The notes: generated by a model from the letters alone, not told the origin. DNA of 63,994 nt, filler included, from Piptocephalis cylindrospora (GCA_003614145.1; 16 parts of 16 records of this genome joined end to end with filler, not necessarily neighbours in it), one strand, 5' to 3'. Shown: positions 1-12,275, counted from the first letter of the whole stretch. Program-made: numbers and translations.

Positions 1-409
1 TCGCCGCGAGCTCAGGGTCAAGTGGCTCCTCGGAATCCCCTCGTTTATCGATCCACATAACTTCGGGACTCGAAACAACCTTAACCCCCCCCTTCATCCT
101 TATCGGCAAAAACCACCTCCTCATCCCGATTATCGCTCCCAAAAGCACAGCTTTCCCCCCCTTCCTTGTCTTCATCCTCCTCGCTCACGCAAACTACTAC
201 CTCTTCTTCTTTTTCCTTTTCATATGACTGGATGACCTCATTCTTGAAAGAGAGTATCTTGTCCCCGAAAAAGGATCCAAAGCCAGAAGGAGCCGATTGT
301 GAGGGAGGTGGTGAGGGAGAGCGGCTAGATATGATGGTACATTCTTGATCATTCATCTCGTTCATGGTTGCCGTTGCACTCTTTTTCTTCGACGGATGAT
401 CCCTCTGAT
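1..409. repeat. Left arm of 409-bp inverted repeat at the ends of contig 1
   Basis: 1..409 is the reverse complement of 3588..3996; the two arms translate identically. Confidence 0.95.
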
Positions 410-1140
410 TGTCCATGGCCATGGGCTCGCCTACCTCAATAATCTCTTGATTTCCCACTGTCAATGTACACGCTTCAGGAGAAGAAAGCTTCCTCTTCTT
501 CCCAGTGACTTCAATGTTCTCTTCATGGTTCATCTGAATGGTCTCTTTCTCTACATGTCGTACTAGAAGCATATAAATACCATTCCATATGGGATCAAGG
601 GTATGGGTTTAATATCTAGTAAAGTATTTACAACTCTTTGAAAAGGTTCTCAATCTACTTACTACGTTTTATCGGTCGTCGAAGCATGTTGGACTTGGTT
701 CGTCGAAAGAAATCATCATCGTCATCGTCCTCAGAATCATCATCATCATGATCTATGTCTTCGTCCTTATTCACGATTTTCTCGTGTTTTTGGCCAATAC
801 CTTCTCCATCCTTATCATAAGGACAACTCCTTACCTTGGGAGTATACTTGCCAGTTCCCTCCTCCTCTTCATCCCCATCCTCCATAAGAAATTCCTGATC
901 AGTCGAATTCTGCTCGGAAACGCTTTTTTGAGTGCCATTGCCTTTTGCATCAAGAACACTGGTCTTGATAGAGCCATTGAAACCCTGACCCTCCAAGACT
1001 TCCATCTTAGCGCTTCGCCCTGCCTTTCTCCTCTTCGGAGCAAGGGGTTGTTCAGTGGGAGTTTGAGGTACGACTGTTGGAGTGGGCCGATGGGAACCCG
1101 TAGTGATCGATTCAGTCTTGACTCTCATTGGAGGAATCAT
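1..1140 (-). CDS. Acidic disordered protein, 3'-truncated; possibly the N-terminal part of a Rad60/Esc2-like SUMO-like-domain protein
   Basis: ORFs 655..1140 and 81..572 join through a phase-compatible GTAAGT...CTAG intron (563..662). Motifs DDDDFFRR, SRSPSPPP and LDPELAA recall fungal Rad60/Esc2 N-termini (weak). Apparent 1-nt frameshift in the C8 run at 85..92. Confidence 0.5.
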
Positions 1141-2152
1141 GGAGCGAGGGACTCAGTTAACGCTAACAATGAAAAAAAGGACTGAGAGAGACGCCAGGGC
1201 GGAGCAGGGAAGGATGCTATAGGAAGGGCCGGTGGAAAAGAGTAAAAGACGAAAGGTATACTATGGCTGTGCAATCGAGTGTCAACAGTGGCGGTGAAGC
1301 CTTAGAGGGGAAGATGTCCCGAGAGTGAAGAGGTGTAGGAGATAAAGGAAAGAATAGACACACACACCAGAAACGGAAAAGTAGATAGGCGCATCTTTCC
1401 TTGAATAAGGAACTGCACGATGTGGGACATTATGAACCGCTCAGCTCTTGTGTGTGGCAGGAGGCATTGGATGTGGAAGGTCATGGAAGTGATGGACCTC
1501 GATTTGGCTGGATTGGAGTCTCCAGTAACGCTACCATCATGATGACTACTGTTTGTATATAGAGCGAAAAGTTGACTGTACCGCAGTATACGAACAAAAG
1601 ATCGCTTGACAGGAAACCCATAACTTGATACGCTATGCACATCAGAGTGTGGAGGAAATAGGGGGCGCCACCATCGAAAAAGGAGGGTGTATTGAGGAGA
1701 TGCGCTCATAACCCAGTAACCCAGTATCATTTTGTCCAGTCCTCATCTATGTTGATCACGGATGAGATGATACGATAAAAAAAACACCATCGTTACATGA
1801 AGACATAATAGCAGACGCCTAGTAGGTCAGAATGCACCCTCGGCTAAGATGTATATAAGATGCTGTCATTTTTAGCAGACGACAAACTTTACTTAGCCTA
1901 TTCTGGTCCGACCCAATTTGGATTCCTTTCGATCTGGGCCGACTGGGGGCGAGCCAAAACTGAATGATCGACTTGACCTTGGATAGTGCGTTTACCGAGG
2001 CCTACGTGAAGACCTTGAATGGAGAACACCTGCTGCTGCAAGTCCTTTGTTGTAAGAGGAAGGGAATGACGGAACTGTCTTCTTATCACCTTTTGCCTTC
2101 TTAATGACGTGTTGGCCGATGAAGTTGGAGCTAAACCATGCTTCTTGAGTAG

Positions 2153-3085
2153 CTATTCATACGAAGAGCGGGTAGAGATGAGGGAGGTGGGAATGATGAT
2201 TAGGATGGGCCGGTTTAATGATCCATTAAACAAGCTTTTCTCATCTTTTGCAGCATAACTTACCGCATCAAAGTGGTTCATTGTGTAAGTCATGAGCGAA
2301 GATTCTCTTTTTAGAGCATTACCAGACGGAGATGCACTATCTTTGGCGCCATTGTTGTTGGTTTTAACCGACCCTGTATCCCCATCGCCATTACTACCTC
2401 TGAGGTTAGTGTTGGAGCCCCTCTGAGTATTGGTCGCTTTACTTTGAATCGAATCGGTCTCTGCGCCTTTCTTAGACAACGCGTCCAAATCAAAACGCTC
2501 TTCGAATTTAGATTGCTGCCCTCGCGGGGGAAAATCCTTTTTACGTGAAAACGCAGAGAGAAAGGAATGAAGTGGGGATGAGGATAATGATAATTAGAAT
2601 GGGCTGATTTGGTGACCCGTTAAATAGACCTTCCCATCTTTCATAGCATAGCTCACCTTGTTAAACCTTTTTAGATTATCCTCAGATTGCTGCTTCGGAT
2701 CGCGAGATGTACTGGTGGCGGTCTTCTGGGTGTTGGGTGAAGAGACTTGATTTTTTTGGCTCGCCGGGAGGGGTACGGATTTTTGTTTGTTGAGGGTTGC
2801 TCCGCTGCCTTGATTGGTCGGGCGGTTGAGATTCGGGGCACTTGATCGCTGATTTGAAGCCGTGGCTCTGTTCGGTACCTTGTTTTTCACCCAGTTGCCT
2901 GTCCTCGACCCCCATACACGCACCGCTGGGCCCATACGCTTGATTGACTGGGGAACAGTGATCTTACCATTGAATAAAGGGGCGGCAGAAACGCCTGTAT
3001 AGCTAAATTGGAAGTCTTGCATGCTGACGAAGAGCATAGCGAGGAGGAGCGCAAAGCCCACATGACGGGAAGAAAAGGCCCACAT
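2153..3085 (-). CDS. Orphan secreted protein (signal peptide; basic, S/N/Q-rich), probably multi-exon; 3' end uncertain
   Basis: The N-terminus has the hydrophobic GFALLLAMLFVSM segment and a VSA-APL cleavage-like site, with a CT-rich leader upstream. Downstream ORF 2153..2488 repeats the motif FxxVSYAxKDxK. Confidence 0.6.
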
Positions 3086-3587
3086 GGTGATGAATCAGCA
3101 GAGCCAGGCAAAGAGAATGGCACTAGCTTTAAGAGAATGGGGAGCGTGGGTCAAGGGAGAATGGAAGAGAAGCAGAGAGTGGAGTGATGGGCCAGCCAAG
3201 TTCCACGAGAGCCAAGAGGATTGGGAGACGGTGGAGGAAAAGGAAGATGGATGAGAGCTAGAGGGACAGGATGTGGAGAAAGAAAAATGGAGAGAGGAAA
3301 GTGGAGAGAAGGTCGGAGAAAGGGGAAAGGAAGTGAGACCACTGGCTCCTTTTATCATTGATGAAGTCCTTGACTGAGAAAGAAGCGTCGGGCTCTAGTA
3401 AACAGTATCTCTTGGCAGACTACAAGTAGGCAATGCCGAGATACAGCGGCTGGTGACAGAACCAAGAGTCCAAGCTCCGATCATTGAATATCGTTCTCCC
3501 TTGGCTGGTGACCTGGGGGAGCAGTTCCGTACTCCGACACTCCAACATGCCGACACTCCGACACTCCGGCAGTGCGATACTCACACC

Positions 3588-3996
3588 ATCAGAGGGATCA
3601 TCCGTCGAAGAAAAAGAGTGCAACGGCAACCATGAACGAGATGAATGATCAAGAATGTACCATCATATCTAGCCGCTCTCCCTCACCACCTCCCTCACAA
3701 TCGGCTCCTTCTGGCTTTGGATCCTTTTTCGGGGACAAGATACTCTCTTTCAAGAATGAGGTCATCCAGTCATATGAAAAGGAAAAAGAAGAAGAGGTAG
3801 TAGTTTGCGTGAGCGAGGAGGATGAAGACAAGGAAGGGGGGGAAAGCTGTGCTTTTGGGAGCGATAATCGGGATGAGGAGGTGGTTTTTGCCGATAAGGA
3901 TGAAGGGGGGGGTTAAGGTTGTTTCGAGTCCCGAAGTTATGTGGATCGATAAACGAGGGGATTCCGAGGAGCCACTTGACCCTGAGCTCGCGGCGA
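3588..3996. repeat. Right arm of 409-bp inverted repeat (partial copy of the 1..1140 gene)
   Basis: Reverse complement of 1..409; it starts in mid-coding sequence. Confidence 0.95.
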
Positions 3997-4096
3997 NNNN
4001 NNNNNNNNNNNNNNNNNNNNNNNNNNNNNNNNNNNNNNNNTTAATTAATTAANNNNNNNNNNNNNNNNNNNNNNNNNNNNNNNNNNNNNNNNNNNN
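3997..4096. other. Artificial contig linker N44-TTAATTAATTAA-N44 (first of 15)
   Basis: The identical 100-bp spacer with six-frame stops recurs at 8089, 12176, 16262, 20345, 24422, 28490, 32557, 36623, 40685, 44746, 48804, 52852, 56899 and 60943. Intervening contigs fall monotonically from 3996 to 3944 bp. Confidence 0.99.
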
Positions 4097-4222
4097 CTGG
4101 ATCCGATGGCAGGTTTGCTCTTTATCAACTGACACTGCCATCCGGATTCAGGTAAGCATCCATCCTGGGGAATATAAGTAGGGCAGGTTTGCTCTTTATC
4201 AACTGACACACACACACACACA

Positions 4223-4261
<39 letters not shown>

Positions 4262-4404
4262 CGTTGTGCGCACACTCTCCGCGCTATGTGCGCACCTTCA
4301 CCTCATCCTCATCTCCTCAGTCCGGGCCTTCGTCTTCAGCATGATTCTCCTCATGAAGCACTAAAGGGATGCCCCTCTCATCATTAGGGGTCTCATCCAC
4401 CACA
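4097..4404 (-). repeat. 3' LTR of element A (truncated by contig end)
   Basis: Starts TGTGGTGG right after the PPT. Contains a (CA)n microsatellite (~4207..4257) and a 28-bp direct repeat GGCAGGTTTGCTCTTTATCAACTGACAC (4108..4135, 4182..4209). Confidence 0.75.
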
Positions 4405-7400
4405 TATCCCCCCCTCAAGCCATCCTCACGTCCTCGTGAGGCCAGAGTCCGGGGATCTGGGGTGTTAATAGACCTATTTGCTACCTCTCTAGCCGAGTTT
4501 GTTGTGCCTTGGGTGATGGGGGTCCAATTTCTCCACACACTTCCAGGGGGTAACACCGCTCGCTTGAGGCGATCTCCATGCACAAGGTCCTCCTTAGTGT
4601 GTCCACTCGAGTCCTCCAAACGATATGTGCCCAAGGGCATCACCGATTTTACCTTGTATGGGCCCTCCCATTTGGACTCGAATTTCATATGCGCTTCGTG
4701 CCTCATTAATACAAAATCTCCTACCTTGAATGGCCTTTCTGTTGTGCTAATCCCGTGCTTTTCGTCGTGTTTTAGAGCTTGATGGACCGCTTGTCGTCCG
4801 TACCGTTGGATGGCAGCAGCGCGATGCTGCCCCAGCTCCTCCAAGCGTCTGGCGGTCCATTCTTGGCGATCTTCTACCTCGTCCAAGTCGTACAAGAATG
4901 GTCTTGTCGCATCTCCAGGGATTTTAGGTTCCACTCCGTATACTAGGTAGAATGGGCTCTTTCCCGTGACTCGATGCCTATGGATCCTGCATGCCCACAA
5001 TGCTTGGTCCAAATAGGCATCCCATTTGGTCCGATGGCCCGCAACAAGCTTGGTGAGCATGCTCCCGAGCATACCATTCATCCTCTCGGCCTTCCCATTA
5101 GATCTGGGGTGATATGCGGAGGTCAATAAATGTTTTGCTCTCACTAGTCCCAAGTACGCATTTACCACCGAGGAATTAAAATTCCTCCCGCGATCCGAGA
5201 AGATCTCATCAGGGCAGCCGAACTGGACCACGATCCTGCTGTAGATAAACTCGGCGACCGCCTCGGCAGTGGCATCAGGCACTGCTGCTGCGATGGGCCA
5301 CCCGGTAGTGTAGTCCACCGCCACTAGGACCCATCGATTGCCATTCCTAGTGGTCGGCAGGATCCCGATGAAGTCGATGTGCCATCGACTAAAGGGAGGA
5401 GGGATATCTACCCTCTGCATGCCCTCGACTTCCCTCGACCGTCCAGGGCCTGCGGAGACCTGGCATTCTGGGCATGTCCGGAGCCATTCCTTGACGTCGG
5501 CACTCCTCCTGGGCCACCATGCCCGATCATCCAGCAGCCGGAGGAGGGTATGGCTACCGATATGGGCATTGCTCCGGTGCATTCGACTTACCAAGTCGAC
5601 CCGATATCCGATGGGGACATAAGGAATCCTCCTGTCCCCGTCCTTCCGGTAGAGGACCCCATCCTCCAGGGCGAATCCTCCGGCTTCTCGGCGTACCCTG
5701 GGCCTCTCCTCCATGGGAATGCCCTCCAGGGACCCCTTCCCGAGGTAGTCCCCTACCCACTCGGGCCACTCTCGCCCCTGGTCACCTACGATCGGCGCGA
5801 GGACCCCCTCCTCTCCTAGGGGGAAGGCCTGTGTCTCCTCCCTGGCCTCTTGGGAAGCCCTGGGAAGATCCTCCTCCGTCTCAGGGGGGCTCTTCCCAGT
5901 GTGGGAGGGCTCCTCCCCCACAGTAACTCCGACAGGGTTTGTGACCCTTAATTTCCCACCTTCTTGACAGCGTATGGAGCCCTGTGCGTCTTTGTCCTCA
6001 TTGGTCCTAAATAGATTCTCAGCTTCTAGGGGGTCTAGAGACATAAAAATGGTACCATTCGAATCGGAAAAATTGTCGTAATCCCTGGGACCTTCTCCTG
6101 GAGCTGGCTGGTAATCCGGACGCCTACTCTGCGCGTCGGGAACCGTCATTTCTCGGCCAGGTTTGTAGATGATTTCTGGGTCGTATAGTTCAATTTCCTC
6201 GAGCCATCCAGACAATCTCGGGGGCAATTTACCTTGTATCCGAAACCTTTCCAAGGACTTATGGTCCGTCCTTACCAGTACCTTTTCGGCTCCTCCTTCG
6301 AAGTAGAATCTAAGGCTACGCAATGCGTACACAATGGCCAATAATTCCCGTTGTTGTGCCGGGTATCTGGCCTCTGTGTCGCTCAGTTTCCGGGAGAGGA
6401 ATGCGATGGGTTGTAGCCCTTCGCCTTGATCTTGTTGGAGGACAGCCGCTATGGCAAAATCGCTTGCATCCGTGTCGATAATAAATCTTTTATCATAATC
6501 AGGCAAGATTAAAACAGGAGAGGATGTGAGTGCATGTTTAAGCTTCCTGAAGGCCTCATCGCATCCTGATGACCACTCTACCATCACCCTACGGCTTTTA
6601 CGCTTGGATCTGTCTGCAGCATCCAAATTCTTGAGTAGATCCGTCAATGGTCTTGCAATTTCCGCGTACCCCTTGATGAATCTTCGATAATAAGAGGTCA
6701 ATCCAAGGAATTGTCGAACTGCATGGACCGTGGATGGGGCTGGCCAATCCCGAATGGAATCCACCTTGCCGCGATCGGGTCTGATGGCCCCTCTACCGAT
6801 CAGATGACCAGTAAATTCCACTTCCCGTAGGCCAAACTCACTCTTGGCCTTATTGGCGAGGAGATGATTATCTCTCAAGGCCTGGAGTACCCGATCGACG
6901 TCTCTCTCGTGATCATCGCGTGTCCTAGAATAAATTAGTATATCATCCAGGTACACAATGACACAATGGTCAATGAATGGTCGTAATACCTCATTCATTA
7001 CCGATTGGAAGGTCGACGGGGCATTACACAGCCCGAATGGCATTACTAAAAATTCGTACTGCCCATAACGAGTCTGGAAAGCCGTTTTCGCGGCCGATTC
7101 TGGGGACATGCGGATCTGCCAGTACCCGGACTTGAGGTCAACCTTACTAAAATACTTGGCCTTCCCCAATTGGTCAAAGCATTCGTCCAGGAGGGGCAAT
7201 GGGTACGCATTGCGCTTGGTAACCGCATTCAGGGCCCTATAATCAACGCACATGCGCATGCTCCCGTCCTTCTTTTTTACGAAAAGGACGGGGGCACCCC
7301 ATGGGGAAGCACTGGGCCTCACTAGGCCCCTGGAGAGCAGCTCATCCAGCTGTTTCTTCAGCTCATCCAGCTCCAAGGGGGATAGCCTGATCGACGGCCT

Positions 7401-8088
7401 CTTGATAGGTTGGGCATCCCCGGTGACGATCGTATGGTCCATGGCCCGAGCTGGGGGGAGTCCATCGGGGAGAGAATCGGTCAGGACAACCGCATGCTTC
7501 CTGACCACCCCTCGTAGACCCTCCCAACCTCCTCGATCCCCCTCTCCTTCCTCCATGGTCCATAGTTGGGGGCCCTCATCCTCTTGAGGGTCCCCGGATC
7601 GTATCCACAGGGCAAATACCTCGTCCACTTGGCCCTTGCGCCTCCATCGGACTAATTGGCGGGGGCGTATGACCCTGGGATCCCCCTCTTCTAGCCCTAG
7701 GGTCATACAGGCAGCCTGGTCCGTGCCACCAGAGGCCCCTGGTGACCTCGGGGAGGCTCCTTCTGGACCTAGAGGGCCGAGGGGGGTCGATCCTACCCCC
7801 TCTCTCTCTTCCACGGATCCGCCCACACTCCGGTCGGGGTCCCCTTCCTCCACATTAAAAGTGTGCGCCCACTTTGATACTCCGACAGGTGTCTCAGGCG
7901 CCCCCTGTGGCACGTCCGCGACCCCTGTCACGTCATCTTGGGGGTCCCTGCGTTCCGTCTCCGCATCTTGAAACACGTTCTCCACAGAAAACACTTGATT
8001 ATTTGGTGAATTCCGGTCCATTTTCGTCGAAATTTGGCTCAATAGACATGAACTTTCCTGGGCTTTCTCGTGGTAATGTTCGTTTTTT
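4317..8088 (-). CDS. pol: Pol polyprotein of element A (5'-truncated, uninterrupted)
   Basis: RT: SPWGAPVLFVKKKDGSMRMCVDYRALN, MPFGL, YLDD. RNase H: TDASD, RELLA, TDH. Integrase: HRSNAH...CPEC, HIDF, SDRG, AERMN, GPY module. The frame is open to the contig end. Confidence 0.95.
4405..4416 (-). promoter_or_regulatory. Polypurine tract (plus-strand primer) of element A
   Basis: The minus strand reads GAGGGGGGGATA immediately before TGT. Confidence 0.8.
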
Positions 8089-8188
8089 NNNNNNNNNNNN
8101 NNNNNNNNNNNNNNNNNNNNNNNNNNNNNNNNTTAATTAATTAANNNNNNNNNNNNNNNNNNNNNNNNNNNNNNNNNNNNNNNNNNNN

Positions 8189-10537
8189 GGGGTGATTAAC
8201 GCAGGGAGGGTTATGAAGTAAAGAAAGGGAATGCAGGGGGCACTGACTGAATTTCCTTGGCACGATACTCTGGATACCGCTTTGAAAAGGCCATTAGACC
8301 CAGTAAGGAGGCAGTCGTGCATTCTGGGTAACTGTAATCGGTCATGATGTCGGCAAAGACCTAGGGGAGGAGGGCTCAGGTAAGAATATGGTGAGCTCAC
8401 CCTATCCTATGCAGCCGCCTCACTAACCTCAGCCGGATTGATTAATTCAAGCATGTGAGGAGCTCTAATGAGCTCATAACTGGCAAATCCACCATTGGAG
8501 TTTTGCATCCCCAAAAGAATATCCACTGCTTGGCATAGCCTTTCATATGGGATCAGCTCTTCTGTGGATCTATGGTGTGAGGAGGGTAGGGTAAAGGGAT
8601 GAGAACAGGAAGAAGCTAATTGATCCTTTTTTTTAACATCCACAACATACGGGAGATCCTGAAGACAAAGGACAGCCTTGAGACCCTCAGCGGTGCAATC
8701 ACTAACGGTGTAACCTTGGTCCCGAGTGGAAAAGGGCCATGCTCCCAAGGAAGGGTGCCGGTAGCAACGTTGTATATTAGGAACATTGCGCTTGATCTAG
8801 GTGGGAAGGGAGACGAGGAACTTAGTACTAGTCCTTAGCACATGGATAGCCAGTATTTTGGGTTACCTGCATGTCCTCAAGGAACCGGTGGGCGGAGCGT
8901 ACACAGGCCTGGTGTTCCTTCATATCGGCAACCCCGCACTCGACCATGGCCTGGACCGCAAAGGATGTGTCCCATAGTTGGGTTCCATTGGTTCCGTTCA
9001 TCATCATCCCCTCCTTCCCCATCCTTGTATCGTGAAAGAGGATGTAAGCGCGTGAGTTTTCAGACGTGAGAGAGAGGAGGGATGAAGTGGGGGAGGGGGG
9101 ACAGATGCACAATAGCGCCGATGTGAAAGGTTTGGAGCATGGGGTACGGAAATGACAACGACTCACCATAAAAAGTCGGCCACTCGGGGGAGATGAGCTC
9201 GGAACTCTGGGCTGGAGGGCCCCTTCGCTAACCAGACACAAACCATGTTCATGGCCTTGTTAACTGGACCAACGTCCAAGTAGAAGGTGTTTTCATCCTC
9301 CATGGTAATTTGCTCATACACTTCATCCAAAGCCCGTTTCCTCAGCCATTCCGGAGCCATGGATTCATAGAATCCCAGGAAGACTACATGAGGTTCAATG
9401 AGTAATAGAATGATGCATAGAGAAGAATCTTGCACGTACCATTAGCAATATTGAGGACGGTGCTATGGGGTATATATAGGTCACGTCGGGCAATATGGTT
9501 CCTGGCGGAAGGCCAGTAGATGTTTTCATAAGGGAGGATGTATATTTCCTAGAGAGGATAGGAATAGGTATGTGGATTAAATATACATCCACTCTCTCAC
9601 GCGCTCGCTCAAGATTTCCAAGTACCTCACGTAATTGACTGGTCAGCTCATCGAGAGGTTTGACATACTTCCGCCCATATAGGTAGGACATGGACATGTA
9701 GACAGCGCGGGTGTGGATCCAGTAGCGACCGGGATGAAAGGGTAGAAAGTGAGGGATCAACCATAGCTCAGGGATAATCGGGTTCATCCCATCCCAGTCA
9801 TAAAGGCCAAGAAGGGCCAGCCAGAACTTTCCCCAGGATGGGATACCAATAGCTCCGCCGAGGGAAATGAGACATCGGCGAGCACGGATAGCGATTGGAT
9901 GATCTCGGGAAATTCCTAAAAGGCGAAGGGCTACATAATTCAAAGCTGTACCAAACACTGTGGATACACCTTCGACATGTCTGGAACACCCGAATGGAAG
10001 CGGGAGAGCGCATGAGTCAGAGATCCTCACCATTAAAACCCCGGATGGAAAGAAGAACTGGGGAAAAACTTACATTCCCCATCCTCCATCGATAGGGGAT
10101 GTTCGATTGGCCAAGTACCGGATCAGTTCGAGTCTCTGTGGCTCCTCAAATTTGACGTCGCATATATAGTAGGCAATGACTAACCCAGGGATGAGGAACA
10201 TGGGCCCACCATATTCCCCGGCCCAGTGCCCATCCTCGGTCTGGAGGAGCTTAAAGAACTGAAAACCTCGATCCACGGCCTCTCCTGGCCGAGTACATCT
10301 GCCTGGGGAAGATTTCGCTGAGAGGACGGGCAAACCCAGGGCGTATCGTTCCGCATCAGTCTGTGGCCAAGTCTCCTCTGTTTCCGCCTCATCGACAGAA
10401 GTGGCTTCGGTATGGTAGTGCCATGTCTGCCGACCGCTGGCTACATTGAGTCTCCAGCGCGTTGGGTCAGTACGTGGGAGTTGGGCCGTAGCAGCACTGC
10501 AACGGTCTGCATCTGGTTCTGCAGCATGGGGGGGCAT
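8189..10537 (-). CDS. ERG7: Lanosterol synthase (oxidosqualene cyclase), multi-exon, 3'-truncated
   Basis: [52 protein letters not shown] catalytic motif and [11 protein letters not shown], with GT-AG introns between ORF segments. Confidence 0.96.
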
Positions 10538-11180
10538 GGTAGAGGAGGTGTAAGAGTAAAGGTGGGGGACTGAGAGGGATGGTGGGATGAGCGGGAGAGA
10601 AAGAGAGAGAGGAGAGGAAGTAACCATGAAGGTAAAGATGTGATAAAGGGAATGATACTCACTTTATACCCTTGAAGGTTATCATCCCTACTTCATTATG
10701 GATTGTGGTGGTCGTCCAAACCTTCATTTATCCCCTTCTTCCCTTGCTTGAGCAGCAACAGCATTGCCCAGTTACCTCGACAGCCCACACTTCCTCTCTC
10801 ACGGCCTGGCGTGAGCTTGACTGTGCCCATGCGACGACGGACGATCCTACCTCGCCCCTCACAGTCCAGAGAAAGTGCAGTCGATAACGATGATTGGTCT
10901 TTCCAAAAGCATCGGCCCATAGTATGACTTTTGAGGTCCGACCCACCTTGGTTCTTCCTTGCATCGCTTCATGCTACTCCACACATATGACTGTGGACAT
11001 ATTGGGCGAGGGTTTATCTCAAGAAAATTACGGTCAAAGAAATAGTGTGAGGGGAAGGGGAGGGGATGCAACAACAAGGCCATATTCTTGAATCGGAATC
11101 GTTAAAGACAAAGTAAGCCACCATGCATTTCATCACCAATACCTCCTCCCTCACCCTCAAGCTCTCTTCACATGTTCCCA

Positions 11181-12151
11181 TCAAACATGTTTTACCACCC
11201 CAGCAGCAATGGTTGTCCCAGATTTCCGAAGGGTGAAGCGACTAAAGGCAGAAGTGGTTGAGTGAGGCTCGAGACAAAATTCCTGATCGGATTCCAGCTC
11301 CACTAGCGCCGTTGACCCACTGACTAGACATCTAACAGGCAGGATGGGGAGGACCGTTAGTTTAAAATTCCCTCTTTCACCTTGGTCGATGGCAAAACGG
11401 GTTATTTACCTGGGGTTGCTCTTTTGTACCTCCCCAGTTACCTTACTCAGAAGGGCAGTGAGTTTGGAAAGTCGCACAATCTGAGTAGAGTGATGGGCAA
11501 AGAGCTCGACGGGAACTCCGATGGTTAAGGGCACCTTGATGTCAAAGACTAGGAGCTGCGCCTGGAAACGTCGACTCATCGGCGCAGGCTGGGATGGATC
11601 GCACAAGACACCACCCAGACTATAAGGGCCAAAGAATGGTTATGCACAGGGGGAGATCATCCTCCTTTCTTCATTCCAGCTTACCTCAGATAGGAAGGGT
11701 CAATGCCTTGGAGGATGAGTTGAACAGTGGCCCCAGAAGCCGCATATTCTAGCCTTTCCCCGTCCAGTTCAATGGCCTTGATGGTCGCGACCTCCCCCGA
11801 GGGAAGGACCATGACCTTACCACCCGTAGAGAGGAAACCTGTTTCGATCCGCACGATGACATTAATTCCCGCGACAAAGCCACCACGGAAGACATCAATG
11901 ATGGCGCATCGCATGGGACATTCATACAATCGCTTTGGGATGCGAAGGCTCTCCAGTTGCTCAATGAGGGAAGGGCCCTGGTACCAAGGGAGCAATTTGA
12001 TGATATCCTTTCCTTTGTCGACCATCAGATTTCCACCCTCGAGACCAGAACATGGGATAAACGACACGGACTGAGACTTGAAGCCTGTTTGATTTAGAAA
12101 CGTGGACAGGATGGTCTTGATTTCCTCATACCTCGACTCGGACCAGTCTGT
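11181..12151 (-). CDS. HBS1: HBS1-like translational GTPase (eEF1A/eRF3 family), C-terminal part, 3 exons
   Basis: DWSESRYEEIK, FIPCSGLEGGNL, PWYQGPSL, domain II/III strands and RFTLRKSGTTIAAGVV; stop at 11181..11183. Confidence 0.85.
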
Positions 12152-12275
12152 CTGGATGATGACGAGAGAGAGAGGNNNNNNNNNNNNNNNNNNNNNNNNN
12201 NNNNNNNNNNNNNNNNNNNTTAATTAATTAANNNNNNNNNNNNNNNNNNNNNNNNNNNNNNNNNNNNNNNNNNNN

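Larger units (their letters stand above)
4097..8088 (-). mobile_element. Ty3/Gypsy LTR retrotransposon A, 3' part (RT-RNaseH-IN, PPT, partial 3' LTR)
   Basis: Domain order is RT-RH-IN. A polypurine tract is followed by TGT at 4404. Confidence 0.95.

Noticed and set aside
3525..3570. CRISPR-like array
   Set aside because: The units are ~8-bp tandem motifs without spacers, in a eukaryotic context with no cas genes.
1..3996. TIR DNA transposon or linear plasmid
   Set aside because: The arms are a fragment of a host gene, and no transposase, polymerase or terminal protein is encoded.
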